NCBI GenBank assembly: GCA_013265495.1 | Contig: MU058387.1 | Coordinates: 62,001-126,000, forward strand | Length of the DNA stretch: 64,000 nt | Source: Vicugna vicugna | Taxonomy: Eukaryota | Direction of reading: 5' to 3' | Part shown: positions 1 to 13,002 of the stretch, one piece after another | How the letters are laid out: each line of letters opens with the position of its first letter | How positions within the stretch are numbered: position 1 is the stretch's first letter | Notes under the pieces: generated by a model | The model's input: only the letters and a program-made list of their open reading frames with translations | Told to the model about the DNA's origin: nothing | Database searches by the model: none | Translations under genes and position numbers: made by a program

Positions 1-691
1 CAGCGAAATTATCAGATAGGTGAGACATACCCCTCAGGTCCTCATCACCTAGTTCTATAATCTCCTCTCCCCACTTTTCTGATATCCACCGCACAACACC
101 CACATTGCTCAGCATTATTCCTATGGAAAAGAAAATAAGAGAGGCTATATTTTGTTCCCACAGAAATCAGAATGTTTTGTTCCTTGCTGTGGCACTTATG
201 TTGGGATTTCAGGCATCAGGCAAGAGAGAATTTATGGAGAGGACTTCTGCTCTTCAGAGAGTCTAAAAAACTACCACTTCTGATTAATAATAAAAGCCAA
301 AAAAAAAAGTGGGAATAAATGAAACCTCCAGATACAAGAGTAAGAAATACCAGTATTTAAAGTATTGATAGAGGAATTGGTATTGTTGCATCCAATGAGT
401 AATATCTAGAAGCAGGTTAATAGGAAATCAACAAGAAAAGACAAGAATGTTGGTGCTAAGGAAGAGGAAAACTCCAGAAGGAAGCAGCTAATGGGAACAC
501 ATGAAGCAGACAGCCCACTCATGGTAAAGGCTAGAGTGATCACTTTGGCAACAAAGATTGTTTCCCTTAAATTGGAGGCAAAATGAGGAAGAAGACATTT
601 GCAAGGAACTTGGCTATGAAAGGAGATGCCCCATAGACAAGAAGCTAAGGAGAGTTTGGTGTGGAATAGGGGGTTCCTTTTCATTTTTCCC

Positions 692-750
692 AACCCAGGA
701 CCTTGTGCATGCTAAGCACATGCTCTACCACTAAGCTATACCCTTCCCCC
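692..750 (-). mobile_element. tRNA-Ala-derived SINE (camelid Vic-1-like), partial
   Basis: Reverse complement reads GGGGGAAGGGTATAGCTTAGTGGTAGAGCATGTGCTTAGCATGCACAAGGTCCTGGGTT, the same family as 42569-42696. The 3' part is degraded. Confidence 0.8.
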
Positions 751-1394
751 TCAAGATAGGATTCAAACATTGTTTACAAGTTAAAGGAGTCAGTAAAGAG
801 AGAAAGTTGAATACCTAAGAAAAAAGACGTTAAGAGCCAATGACCCAGGGTCACCTGGGAAAAGAGCAACGATAGAAGAATTTGCCTCATACAAATGTAT
901 GAGAAGGGACAGTGATGATTAGGGTGGTTGAACTGAGATAAAGGTGAGGATGAGATAAGGCTGTTAAAGAAATTCCTGTCTTACGCTTTCCGATTTTGTC
1001 TGGAAAGGGGAGGCAGTGGAGAAGGTGGCTGCCCTAGTCTTTCATTCAGGTATGCTACAATATGTTGACTAAGCTTATCACAGTCAAACTCGCCATGATT
1101 TTGAGACTGAATCAATCTTCTTATGCATACTGATTCCACTGGGTTTACAAAACATTATAGAATATAAAAGGACTGCAAACCAGAGTCTATTCCAAAGGAA
1201 CTGGGCAAAAAGGAAAGATCAGACATACACACGTGACACATAAATATAAAATAGGACAGGTGAAAACTATAAGGTGAAAATAGCTCAATACAATTTAATA
1301 TCAGGTATTAATTGTCAAATTAAAACAATAAATGCAAAATGATTCAAAAAGAAGAGTTTATATGGAGCTAATATGAGCATTAGCATTTCATGAG

Positions 1395-1630
1395 ACAGTA
1401 TCATGTAAGAGTTGAGAATGAGCCCTCTGGACCAAGACTTCCTGGGTTTAAACTTATTCTTCCCATTACTGTAGGTCAGGGGGGCATTATTTAATATCTC
1501 TGTGATCTTTTAAATTTTAGGATATAATAGCATACTTTCACAAGTCTGTTGAGAGGGTTAATTAGCACACCCACATGAAACCCTCAGAACAGCACCTAGT
1601 ATCTTTTGAGAATTCCATAAATTATCAGTA
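1395..1630 (+). mobile_element. MIR SINE
   Basis: ctctggaccaagacttcctgggtttaaac...ttatttaatatctctgtg...agaacagcacctagta resembles the MIR head, core and tail. Confidence 0.7.
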
Positions 1631-4034
1631 GAAATTGATTATCAATATAAAGGAATCTATATTTGTGATTACCAAAGGAAAGGAACCTAGGTTTGAACTG
1701 AGCTCTGAAAAGTGAGTGGAGAGATATATACACTGGAAAGACTTGGGCTGCAAGTAATAGATAATCAAATTCAAAGTTTTTTAAAGAAAAGGGACTGTTT
1801 TCATTTATTTAATGGAAATTCCAGAGGTGGGGCAGACTTCACAGTTTATCTTTTTTCGGCAGTCCTCTGGGCTTCTGGTTAAACCGATGTTCGTTTCTTC
1901 CTCAGGCAAAATAGCTGTAACAATTCTGAGACTCCATCTTTGCAAAAAAGAAACAAGAGGAAAAGAGATCATCCCAAAATATGGCTCTCTCACATAAAGG
2001 AGGGAATAAAATCCCCAGGAACCTCTTTCTTATGTCTCTTTGACCTCCCTTTGGTCCTGAAATTTTATTATAACTAGGAGAATCTTATGCCCTAGGTGGT
2101 TTAAGCCTGGCTCCTAAAGTATAGAATCTTAAAGTTCATCTCTAATATGCTGGTGTTTATCCCCCCAAATTGTCACTACTCTACAATGAATAGAGGCCAA
2201 ATGGATATTGGAGAAATTATCAAATAATCCCTAAGGAGGGTGAATACTTTGGACCTAAGTATGCAGAACTGAGTGTGCTGATGGCTGTTGTCTAAGGTCA
2301 CTGTTACGGGCTTGACTGATGGTCAGGGCTTTAGGGGAGAACAGAGCAAATTACGTTTGGGTAGTTTAGTCAGATTCTTTTTCACTTCAGGGAGAACACT
2401 GAAAGCAGCCCAAGAAACCAAGCCTAGATTCAGTACGATGATGAATGTAAACACTATCTTCAGTGTGATAAACTCTAGTTCAATCTTCATATTTTGTTTG
2501 GTCTTGAACCAAGAGAATATCACATTTCATGAGTAGCCTGCATTAACTTCAATCCTTCTGGATCCAAGTGAATATGAGGAATTTGCTCTAGTGGTTTCCT
2601 GGGACTGGTCTGCCTTTATTGTCCTTAAATGTTGACCGTGGGGCCACGGATAGTTTTCTCTCAAGGGTTTTAATATACTGTGACAAAGGTTCTACTTTAC
2701 ATAAAGATATAAGTGAGGTTCTTGGGGATAAGATCTAAGATACCACATTATGAGTATTGAAATGGTCTTTTAAGATAACGAGTCATCCTGTGGAGGACTT
2801 TAGCTGTTTAGTCCCCACATTACAGCTCATTCTTCTCCCTGGATGCAATTTACAAAACTGTCGTCACAATCCTCACAATTTTTTTAAGGAAAAATAAGCT
2901 AAACTCAGTCTCAACCTCTCAGTGGGACTGACGTTCTCCACATATACTAAAGACAGTATTATTGAGGATAGTGTAAGATGCCAAGAACTCTTTTTTTCCA
3001 TTCATAAATCTTCATCATTAAAAAGCAGTTCTTTATATATATCACCCATTTTTAGCAAGAAATCTATCATAAAGTCCTATCTCCCAATGTTGATGAAAGA
3101 TTTTCATAGCAAATATTTTTGTTACAAGATGAATTCAACATGCCAACTATCGTGAAATGTTTTGGCATTTGTTCAGTGCCGTTTCAGTTTATTTGTTGAG
3201 TCATGTATCATCTGTTTTGTCTGCCAAATATCCACGTGGTAACTTGCGCCAATTAGCAAAACAGAATCAATCACCAATCCTGCATCCTCTTGATTAATCA
3301 TACGCAACGCAGAAGGAGTGAAACAGTCATGAAGTCAAGAAAAACATCCGATCTGTTTATTCTCTGAGACAAAGCATCTTCCAGGGAGTGAACCTTCTTC
3401 GCATCAGCAGGAAAGAAAAATTAGGTGGAGACGTAACAGCCTTCCTCTGCTTTTTGTCATGCTTCAGTGTCCACGGCTTTTGTGACCCTTGAGTTGTATG
3501 CAATAGCAGACCAAGCAAAGCCATTCTGAAGACAAAATGATGACTGACATTCAAATTATGCTTAACATTAGCCAGGAAATAAAAGGAATGAGTTAGTTTT
3601 GCTGGGTTAAGAAAAAATGAACTATACGTTCATTGGGATCTGAATAAATGTTGACTTACAGACTGTTTCAGATGACTTCTCAGTCATTCCCTCTAGAACT
3701 GTGGCAAAGTATTTTCCTTATATTTCAATCTTACATGGTTTTGCAAAATTCAGAATAAATTTTTGATCAACCTACATTTAGATATTATTATCTTTAGCAT
3801 GCTTTATTGGAAAATAAAAAATTGTTATTCTCACTTTAAGCATTCTTTTTTGACAAAAATTAGAAAGCATAAGGTATGTAAAAAGGAAGACAAATATTTC
3901 TGGATATTTTACTCTATTATTTAAAGTAGCTTCTATTCTCTTCAGTTCCTCTGAATAAGTCACTAATGAAGAGAACCATGGATCACTAATCTTTATTACA
4001 TAAAGCATCTACTTTGATTTTATTTTCTTATCTA

Positions 4035-6910
4035 AGCTTTATTGAGATAAAACTGATATATAACATTTTGTATATTTAAAGTGTACTATGTATTGATGTG
4101 ATATACTTACATACCGCAATGATTACCACCACAGGGTTAACTAACACCACCACCACATCACACAGCTACAATTGCATTTTGTGGTAAGAATATTCAAGAT
4201 GCAATCACTTGGCAACTCTCAAGAATACAATAAAGTATTATTAGTTGTAATAAACATGCCCATTAGATCCCTAGAACTTACTCATCCTGGAGCTGGGAGT
4301 TTGTACCATTGACCAGCATCTCTCCATTTTCCCATCCCTCAGTCCTTGGTAATCATCATCCTCTATTTCTATGAGTTTCAGCTATTTTAGAGTTCACATA
4401 TAAGCGATATTGTACAGTATCTGTATTTCACTTAGCATAATGCCTTCAAGGTTCTTACAGATTCTTGCAAATGGCATAATTTTCTCCTTCCTTATGGCTA
4501 AATAAGATCCCATTGCATGCATTTGCCACATCTCTTTATTCATTTATCTACTGACAGACATGCAGGTTGTTTCCGTATCTTTGCTATTGTGAATAATGTT
4601 ATAATGAACATGCGAGTGAAGGCTAACTTTTTGAGATTCTGTTTTCATTTCCTTTCAATACATACCTAGAAGTGAGATTTCCAGACCATATTTCTATTTT
4701 TCATTGTTTGAGGAACCTCCATACTGTTTTCCATAGTGGCTGCACATTTTTACATTCCCACCAGCAGTGCATGAGGACCCCTTTCTTTCCACATCCTCAC
4801 CAGCATTTGTTGTTATCTTTTTAATAAAAGCCATTCTGACATGTGTGGGTTAATATCTCATTGTGGCTTTGATGTATGTTTCTCTTTTGATTAGTGATGT
4901 CAAGCACTTTGTCATGTACTTGTTGGCCATCTGTATGTGTTCTTTGGAAAACTGTCTACTCAGTTCCTCTGCTCATTTTTATTCAAGTTGTTTTGTTATG
5001 TTTCCATTGAATTTATAAGTTCTTTGTGTATTTTGTATATCAACCCTTTATCAAATATATATGATTTGCAAATATTTCCTCTCATTCTGTAGGTTGCCTT
5101 TTCATTTTGTTGATTGTTTCTTTTGCTGAGCAGAAACTTGTTTAATTTTATGTAGTCCCACTTATATATTTTTGCTTGTATTCCTTGTGCTTTTAGTGTC
5201 ATACCCCCAAAATCATTGCAAAGACCAATGTCAAGGAGCTTTCTATCTTTTTTCTAAAATTTCTAGTTTTAGGTTTTATGCATAAGGCTTTAATTCATTT
5301 TGAGTTAATTTTTGTGACTGGTGTAAGATAGGGGTTCAATTTTATTCTTCTGTGTGTAGTTACCCAGTTGTCCCACCACCATTTATTTAAAAAACTGCCT
5401 TCTGTTCATTTAGTATTCTTGGCTCCCTTGTCAAATATTCTTTGACTATATATATGTGAGAATTTATTTCTGAGCTCTTATTCCACTTCACTGGTCTATG
5501 TGTCTATTTGTATCCCAGTACCATACTGTTTTGATTACTATAGTTTTGTGGTACATTTTGAAATCAGCAGGTGTGATTCCTCCAGCTTTGTTCTTCTTTC
5601 TAAGGATTGTCTTGCCTATTGGCAGTGTTTTGTGGCCCCATATGAACTTTGGTATTGTTTGTGAAACAATTGTTAGTATTGCTGTGAAAAATGCCATTGG
5701 AAATCTGATAGGCTTTGTATCATATCTATAGATTGGTATGGGCTGTACGGACACTTTAATAATATTAATTCTTCCGACCCATGACCATGGGAAATATGTC
5801 CACTTGTTTGTGTCTTCTTCTCTTTGTTTCATCAAAGTCTTATAGTTTTCAGTGTACAGACAGATCTTCCACTTTTTTAGTTAAATTTATTCCTAAGTAT
5901 TTACTGTTTATCAATGCTATTGTAAATGGTTATGCTTTATCTTTTTCTCCAGATGTTTTGCTGTTAGTGTGTAGAAATGCAACTGATTTTTCTATGTTAA
6001 TTTTATATCCTGAAACTTTACTGAGCTTGTTTATTGGCTCTAAGACATTTCTGGCAGAGTTTTTAGGATTTTCCATATACAAGATCATCTCATTTGCAAG
6101 CAGAAACAATTTTATCTCTTCTTTTCCAATTTGAATGTCTTATTTATTTTTTACCTGATTTCCTAGTTAGACATTACAGAACAGCAGTGGTGAGAGTAGG
6201 CACACTTGTCTTCTTCCTGATCTTAGAGGAAAAGCTTTCAACCTTTTACTGTTAAGTATAATGTTGACTATGGGTAGAATATATAACCTTTACTGGGTTG
6301 AGGTATGTTCCCCCTATACCCAATTTATTGAGAATTTTTATCAGAAAATAATATTATATTTGGTCAAATGCTTTTCTGCATCTACTGAGATAATTATATG
6401 ATTTTTATCTTTCATTTTATTAATGCAGCATATCATAATTATTGAGTTACATATTTTGAAACATCCTTGCATCACAGGGATAAATGGCACACGATCATGG
6501 TGTATAATCTTTTTAATATGCTATGGAATTCAGTCTGCTAATATTTTACTGTGAATTTTTGCATCAATATTTATCACAGGTATTGGTCTAAAATTTTCTT
6601 TTCTTACAGTATCCTTCTCTGGCTTTGGTATCAGGGTGATGCTGGTCTCATAAGATGAGTTTGGGAGTCTTCCTCTTTTTCACATTTTAGAAGAGTTTGA
6701 GAAGAATTGACATTAATTCTTCTTTAGATATATGGTAGAATTCACCAGTAAAACCATCCAGTCCTGGGCTTCTCTGTATTGGGAGGTATCTGACTACTGA
6801 TTCAATCTCCGTAATCATTATTGTTCCTCTCAGATTTTCTATTTCTTTATCATTCAGGCTTGTTTGATCCATTTCTTCTAGGTTATTCAATTTGGGGCGT
6901 ACAGTTTTCT
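4035..6910 (-). mobile_element. 5'-truncated, inactive L1 (L1MA9/10-like): 3' UTR plus most of the ORF2 RT and C-terminal region
   Basis: Minus-strand ORF fragments match L1 ORF2: RSPGLDGFTGEFY (cf. KSPGPDGFTAEFY), EDTNKW..PWSWVGRINIIK, KKNKAGGIT..DFK.Y.K...IKTVWYW, KIYKWDYIKL. The catalytic FADD motif reads LANE at 6100-6089. Many stops and frameshifts. The 3' end and T-rich tail lie near 4020-4045. Confidence 0.95.
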
Positions 6911-7194
6911 GTATTGGTATCATGAATAAGGCCGAGGCTGACTGTTGGTGTTCCTGCGCTCCTGCAGGGGCAGTGGAGGGAGGGTGTGGGAAGGGATCTG
7001 GGCAGTTAGCGACTGCAAATGTGAACACCTATGTGATGAAAGCTGTTGAAATCTGCAGAGTAGCCACAGCAGCTGTACTGGCCACTGGTTCCTTCTTCTG
7101 TGGCAAAACCTTCTGAGTTTGTCTGCAGAGCAGGTCTCTGTGACTATTTGCTCTCACTGCTTGGTTGCTATTAACACCTCCTGCTGTGTTTCTA

Positions 7195-8160
7195 GACAAT
7201 TTAGTTTTATTTAATTTTATCACGTTTGTAGCATTATGTATCCACCACCACAGTCTAGACACTGAACAACTCCAGCACGACAATCCCTCATGTTGCCCCT
7301 ATAATCACACCCATTTCCCTTTCCACTGTCTCTAACTTATGACAGCAAATAATCTACCTCAATTTATAACATGCTGTCATTTCAAGAATGTTACATAAAA
7401 GGAATCCAAGTTGTTATATGTATCAATAGTTCCTCCATTCATATTGTCGAGTAGCACTCATGGTATGTTTGTACCAGTTTGCTTAATAACCATTTACCTG
7501 TTGAGGGACATCAGTACGGCTTCCAGTTTGGAGCTATTACAAAGAAAGTTGCTATGAACATCTGTGTAGAGGATTTTGTGTCAATATATCTTTCAATTCT
7601 CTGGAATAAACAGCCAAGAGTAAAAGTATGGGGTAATTATATGTTTAGTTTTATGAGCAACAGCCAAACTATTTTCCAGAGTGGCTAGACCATTTACATT
7701 CCCATCAGAAATGTATAAGTGAACCAGTTTCTCCTCATCCTTGCCAGCATTGGGTGTTGTCACTTTTTTTTTTTAACTTTAGGCATTCTGAAGGTGTGTA
7801 GTGATATATTATCATAGTTTTTATTTGTATTTCCTTGATGGGTAATGGTGTTGAATATATTTTCATGTACTGTTTTGACATATGTTTATCTTCACAGATA
7901 AAAGACTTCTGTTCCAGTTTTTTTCCTATTTTCTAAATGGATTTTTTGGTATTGTTGAGTTCTGAGATTTCTTTATTATTCTATATACTTTATATAGAAT
8001 ATATAGTCGTTTGTCTGGAATCTGCTGCCAGTCTGTATGTAGCCTGTCTTTTCATCCTCTTAACATGGGCTTTCACAGCCCTTAAAAAAAAATTTTGGGG
8101 GCTGATTTATCAATTTTTTTCCTTGTACAGATTGGGCTTTTGGTGTCCAGTGTCAATACT
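7195..8160 (-). mobile_element. Older L1 3' fragment (L1MC-like)
   Basis: caccaccacagtc...gtcatttcaagaatgttacataaaaggaatc...ttttccagagtggctagaccatttacattccc...catccttgccagcat are typical L1 3' UTR and ORF2-end sequences on the minus strand. Confidence 0.85.
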
Positions 8161-8264
8161 TTTAATTTCTAGTGTCATTTTTAAAATAAATACTGTTTAT
8201 TTTAAAAAGATTTTAAAAGATCAATTCTTCCCAAACTTTAGCTCATATATGTCATAAGTATCAA

Positions 8265-8408
8265 CCCTCAAAAGATTGATTTTTGATATCTATTCCTAGA
8301 AATTCTGATTCTGTAGGTCTGTGATGGGGGCTAAAGATATTTCTCTCTAATCAGCTCCCAGGTAATGCTCATGCCTTTGGATTGCAGACAACATTTTGAG
8401 TATCAGTG
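8265..8408. mobile_element. MER5A-like hAT MITE
   Basis: attctgattctgtaggtctg...cagctcccaggtaatgct...acattttgagtatcagtg. Confidence 0.7.
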
Positions 8409-9914
8409 AAAAAACTGGATTCCTAGTCTTTCAGGTTTCACCAAAGACAAGGAAATGGGAAAATTAAGACTTCAAATGAGATAGAACAAAACAGACAAGA
8501 CATTCTTACAGTTCTTAAGAAATTAATTTTACAAAAACAAAACATTTCATTTGGAAAACCTCTTTTCTATAAAGATCACTTAGGAGAGAGAGATCATGAG
8601 GGGGGCTTCATCAGTGATAGAGAACACAGAAAATAACATAACAATAAAGCTTAAACCAAGTGAAGAGATGGTTGATTAAGACATACTGGTATTAATATAT
8701 TGATTTTTATGGAAAAGTTGGATGCTAACCAATTTGTGTGATATCAGAGAATTTATAAACCCTAAATACTAAAGGCAGAAGGTTTATTTTGCTTAGCTCT
8801 AAATATTTACAACATAAAAACTAAATATATTTATCCAAAAGACAAAACAAAAATGCACTTCAAAAACTAAGATTTTTCTTGTCCAATAATTTCCTTTCTC
8901 CAAAGCAAAATGTTACAATTTTACATGCATGCTGGCAATTTTTTACTCTCTCACCATTTCCCTTAGAATCATTTGTACATGTGCACTAACACAGCCCTCT
9001 GCAGCCTTGTATTAGCGTGCTTTGGATTAATTTCTAGGTTTATCTCTCCTACATCTCATGCTAGAATATAAACTCTGGCCAGTTCTTCAAATTTCCCAAA
9101 TATCTCTGCAAAACTTTTGCAGAGTCTTTTTTTTTTTAAATTATCTTTGAGGTATACTTGCTTCCATAAGTTGGCATTTTCTTACATATTCCTTTTCTTT
9201 GAATGCCTGCTTCCCTTTTGGCTGATTGAGATGACCCTTTTGTGCACACCACATACTAGACCTCACAAATCTATTTGTATCTCAGCCACCACGAATCTTG
9301 TTTACCTCTTCATATTGCAGATGTCAGGAGGGAAGAATCAATATCTACATTACTCATCATTGTATCTCCATCCCATAGCCCAGGACATAGTGAAGAATAG
9401 GTGCTTAATATTTATTGCATAAATACATGAATGAAATAGTGTATGGTTATTAACTGTCACTGTCTCTAAATAAAATCTCTTGAGAAATAATTTCTCACCA
9501 AGGTCACTTGGGGACCCAAAGGAAAAGGTCAGAAAGCCTCAATAAATCATATTCTGTGTTTGCTATACCCTAGCACATTTTTATTTCTGTGAAGTCATCT
9601 CAAAGAATATACCAACTTTAGTCTGAAAAACAGAGGAGAATCATAAAGGGATAATCTCTCCTATACAAAGGCAAAAGAGCATCCATCAGTTTTTCTCTAA
9701 ATCTCATGAGATAAAGAAGAGGTGCTATATGTTAATTGCATTTATATTTTTGCATATTACTATCTTATCCTCTTATTGAATTGCCTCTTGGGTTCACATA
9801 GGATTCATCTGAATTGCTATTTTGTTCACAACTACTGCATCTCATCCAGCAAAAGTCTGGCAACAAGCCCACTACCCAGAATCCCCTTCTCGTAGTATGT
9901 AGCAAGGTGGATAT

Positions 9915-10090
9915 CAACTTAACATTTCTTTAGTGTTTTATACGCTTTCTGCTAGATGCTTTACAGCCTTTATATTAGTGAATCCTCACAACTCTTTTAA
10001 GTATTGGTTGGAATGGAGAAAGCAGAGGTTTAGAACTACACATCCGGTAAGGAGTGATGTAGATTCACACATATATAACTCTATTCTACA
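9915..10090 (-). mobile_element. MIR SINE fragment
   Basis: tgctttaca...gaatcctcacaactct...ggagaaagcagaggtttaga is the antisense MIR core. Confidence 0.6.
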
Positions 10091-12284
10091 CACTGTCTTT
10101 GATACATTTTGTTACATCACAGTTACTTTTGAATTAAAAAAAAAGGTGAAGCCTGATACATTTTTGATCAAGTTAAAGTATTTTTAAATTTATAAAAACT
10201 TCAGAATGAAAAAATAATGATGGTATGGTATATTGGTAGGTCACTGAGAAAAGATATTCTTTAAAAAAAGAAAGAAATGGAGAAACAGAAGCAGCATTGG
10301 CAAAGGCAAAAGAATGTGGTGGATGGGATTCATTCACTTAGCAGTCTTTTGCCTTTTGATAATGTAAATGTTAGATGACCCACAGGCTAAGTCTTTCTTT
10401 CATTTATGTCACTGTAGAAGCCAAGCAATAAATTTTTGTTGACAATTAGCTCTCAGTCTGATTGGGGGCGCTATATGACCACAGAGCTTTTTAGACCTTG
10501 TAATCTCAGCATGTCATTAACGAGCAAGAATTTTGGGTGCTGGAAAGAAATCCCAGAAGAAAATGATTTACAAAATATTTGAGTCACGTTATTTCAAAGG
10601 CGCCTGAAAAAAAAATTCAATATATTTCCACTATCTCTTTGATAAGTGCTGACAGGTGTCCTTATAAGGATTCTTATTGAAGAAACTGTGGTGATTTCAA
10701 AGATCTTGATTTAAATTATACTTTTAGAATATATATACATTATAAATTCTCCTTTTAGAACTCAAACTTACCACCGTCATAGGACCAACAAAGAAGTTAG
10801 ATAATTTTTATGACAAAGCTCTGATCTATAAGAAATCAAAGCCCACATGTTCTTTTATTCTTTGCATTAGCTATAATCAGAAACAGTCGCTGTCAGCTTT
10901 TGTTTAGCTTGCTGAATATTATTCAGTAAAAAAATAGAAAGCAATTTACAATTTTAAGGGTAAATAATAGCATAGAATTTAATATGAAGTAAAAGAGAAA
11001 CCAAAAATTAATCATTCAAGTTTTTCTATAAAAGCCTTTGTTAATTTCCAAGAGAAATACAATTTAATTTTCAATTAGCTGTATTTTTTTGGAAGGTAAA
11101 AGCAATAGAAGACAATTTCTTGAGAATAATTTCCAGGAAAATAATACTAAAAACACTAAAACGTCCTCAGTGAAACTTACCAAGCAATTAGCTACAGCAA
11201 AATGCTTTTTTAAATTATATGATTTACCATAGGAAAAAAAAATACTGCTCTACTTTCATATACAGAGCTAAAGAATAAATAAAATACATGATTTTTATAT
11301 TATTGATTTTGCTATGAGCAGAAAGATGTCTACAAATTTCATTAACTCTTAATCTGAAAACCTCTGAGAAGTACTCCACAGTGTTTAGAGGTCATTTTAA
11401 AAAACAGAATGCAGCTTGTCTTTTATATCTTGTATGTGCCCCATCTTTGCTCCCCATACTTGTTGCACTCAGTAGGTGCTTTACAAAACACTCAATATTG
11501 CAGAGAAGAAGCTGGGCTAACACAAAGCCCGGCACCTGCAGATATTTTCCAGATAAAGCTAAAGATCCAACGAAGGTCATGACACTTTGAAAGCATTTCA
11601 AGATGAAGGAATTTTTCTTAAGGAAAAAAAAATGTTGTATAATTGCTTCCAAAATGATCATCTCCTTCCTTCACAAGGAATTTTTCTATCCTTCTTTGAA
11701 ACTCCAGTCCCAAATACAATGAAAGATGTATTTAAATGTTGTTATGAAATTTCTCCTGGTTTCCACCAAAATAAAATTTTCCCACTAAGTCAATCTGTGG
11801 CACTCCTGGGAAGGAATAAGATACCATTCTCATTCTCCACCAAACTCCTTTTTCAATTCTTAATTTGGTGCATTGGATCTGAATATATTTGGCGACAACT
11901 CACAAAACATGAAATTTGTTGGCTGAGAAGTAATGCTATCTATTCCAGCTTCGCTACAAACACAAGAACATTTCTTTGTGTGGCTGTTATGGAGGAGATA
12001 TTTTGAGCAGCTGTAGCAACGACTGCAATAAAAAAAATTGGAGGTCAAATTGTTCTTATTCTAGATTAGAGAGCTCAGCATTTGTAATGTTCAGCACCGA
12101 GAAACAACACGCCATAATGAGCTTTAGGTTTCCTGTTTGCAATTTCCCACAGTACCAATTAGCATCACTGCAGTGGTATCTCAGTGGATTATTTTTGGGC
12201 TATTTTAGCGCCAGCCCTTGGGAAACATCTGCTGAATTTGAACTTCACTACCTAAACCATACTATTTCTAATAAGAATAATAAT

Positions 12285-12500
12285 GCATAGCAATGAGTCT
12301 TAATATGAGTAATTCCAGCACAGACTTTTGAGCTCTTATTATATGCAGGCACTGTGATAAGGATGTTGCATGTTACATAATTTAATCCCATAACTTAGTT
12401 ACATTAATATCCCTACTAGAAGGATACAGGACCTGAGGCTACAAAGATAAACTGACTTATTTACAGAGAGAGCCATGCTGATACTCTGTGGCATAGCTGG
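12285..12500 (-). mobile_element. MIR SINE fragment
   Basis: tgagctcttattatatgcaggcactgtg...tttaatcccataac...ctgaggctacaaagataaactgactt. Confidence 0.65.
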
Positions 12501-12518
12501 GAATAGTTTAAGTGTTTC

Positions 12519-12749
12519 AGTTTGCAGATACTAACTAATAAATATATATATAAAGTAGATAAATAACACTTGATACTGTATAGCACTGGGAACTATACTC
12601 AATATCTTACTCGTTTATAGTGAAAAAATATGAAAATGAATATGAGTATGTTCATGTATGACTGAAGCATTATGCTGTACACCAGAAATTGACACCACAT
12701 TGTAAACTGACTATACCTCAATTAAAAAATGTATATATATATAAAAAAA
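12519..12749 (+). mobile_element. Lineage-specific L1 3' end (5'-truncated)
   Basis: tttgcagatactaacta...tgctgtacaccagaaattgacaccacattgtaaactgactatacctcaattaaaaa, the same family as 53324-53640. A short TSD-like tgtttc flanks both sides. Confidence 0.9.
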
Positions 12750-12926
12750 TGTTTCTCTGAGTTATGGTTTAATACATGTGACTGCCTGGTCCTGATGGCC
12801 CCCTTCTCTGGACTTCCTTGGTATCTATGGGCGAACAGTTTACATGGTGCTTAATCATAAATTGCTTGTAGTCCTAGTTTTTTTTCTTATCCAATATTTT
12901 CTCATATATACAAGAAAATTACAGTC

Positions 12927-13002
12927 GTGTGTGTATACATGTGTATACATATATATACATGTGTATACAAGTATATATACATATATATACACACACACAT
13001 AT
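12927..13002. repeat. Compound (TG/TA/CA) microsatellite
   Basis: gtgtgtgtatacatgtgtatacatatatatac...acacacacacat. Confidence 0.85.

Noticed and set aside
4996..7028. ORFs with real protein homology as functional CDS
   Set aside because: They are frameshifted L1 ORF2 fragments with a destroyed FADD motif.
10458..10473. CTCF site
   Set aside because: Only the 3' half (GGGGGCGCTA) matches, and the 5' CCASYA part is absent.
12090..12113. REST/RE1 site
   Set aside because: The left half TTCAGCACC is perfect, but no GGACAG right half follows.
11381..12290. Overlapping ORFs of 60-139 aa
   Set aside because: Non-ATG or weak starts, no splice structure and no recognisable homology. This is consistent with chance.
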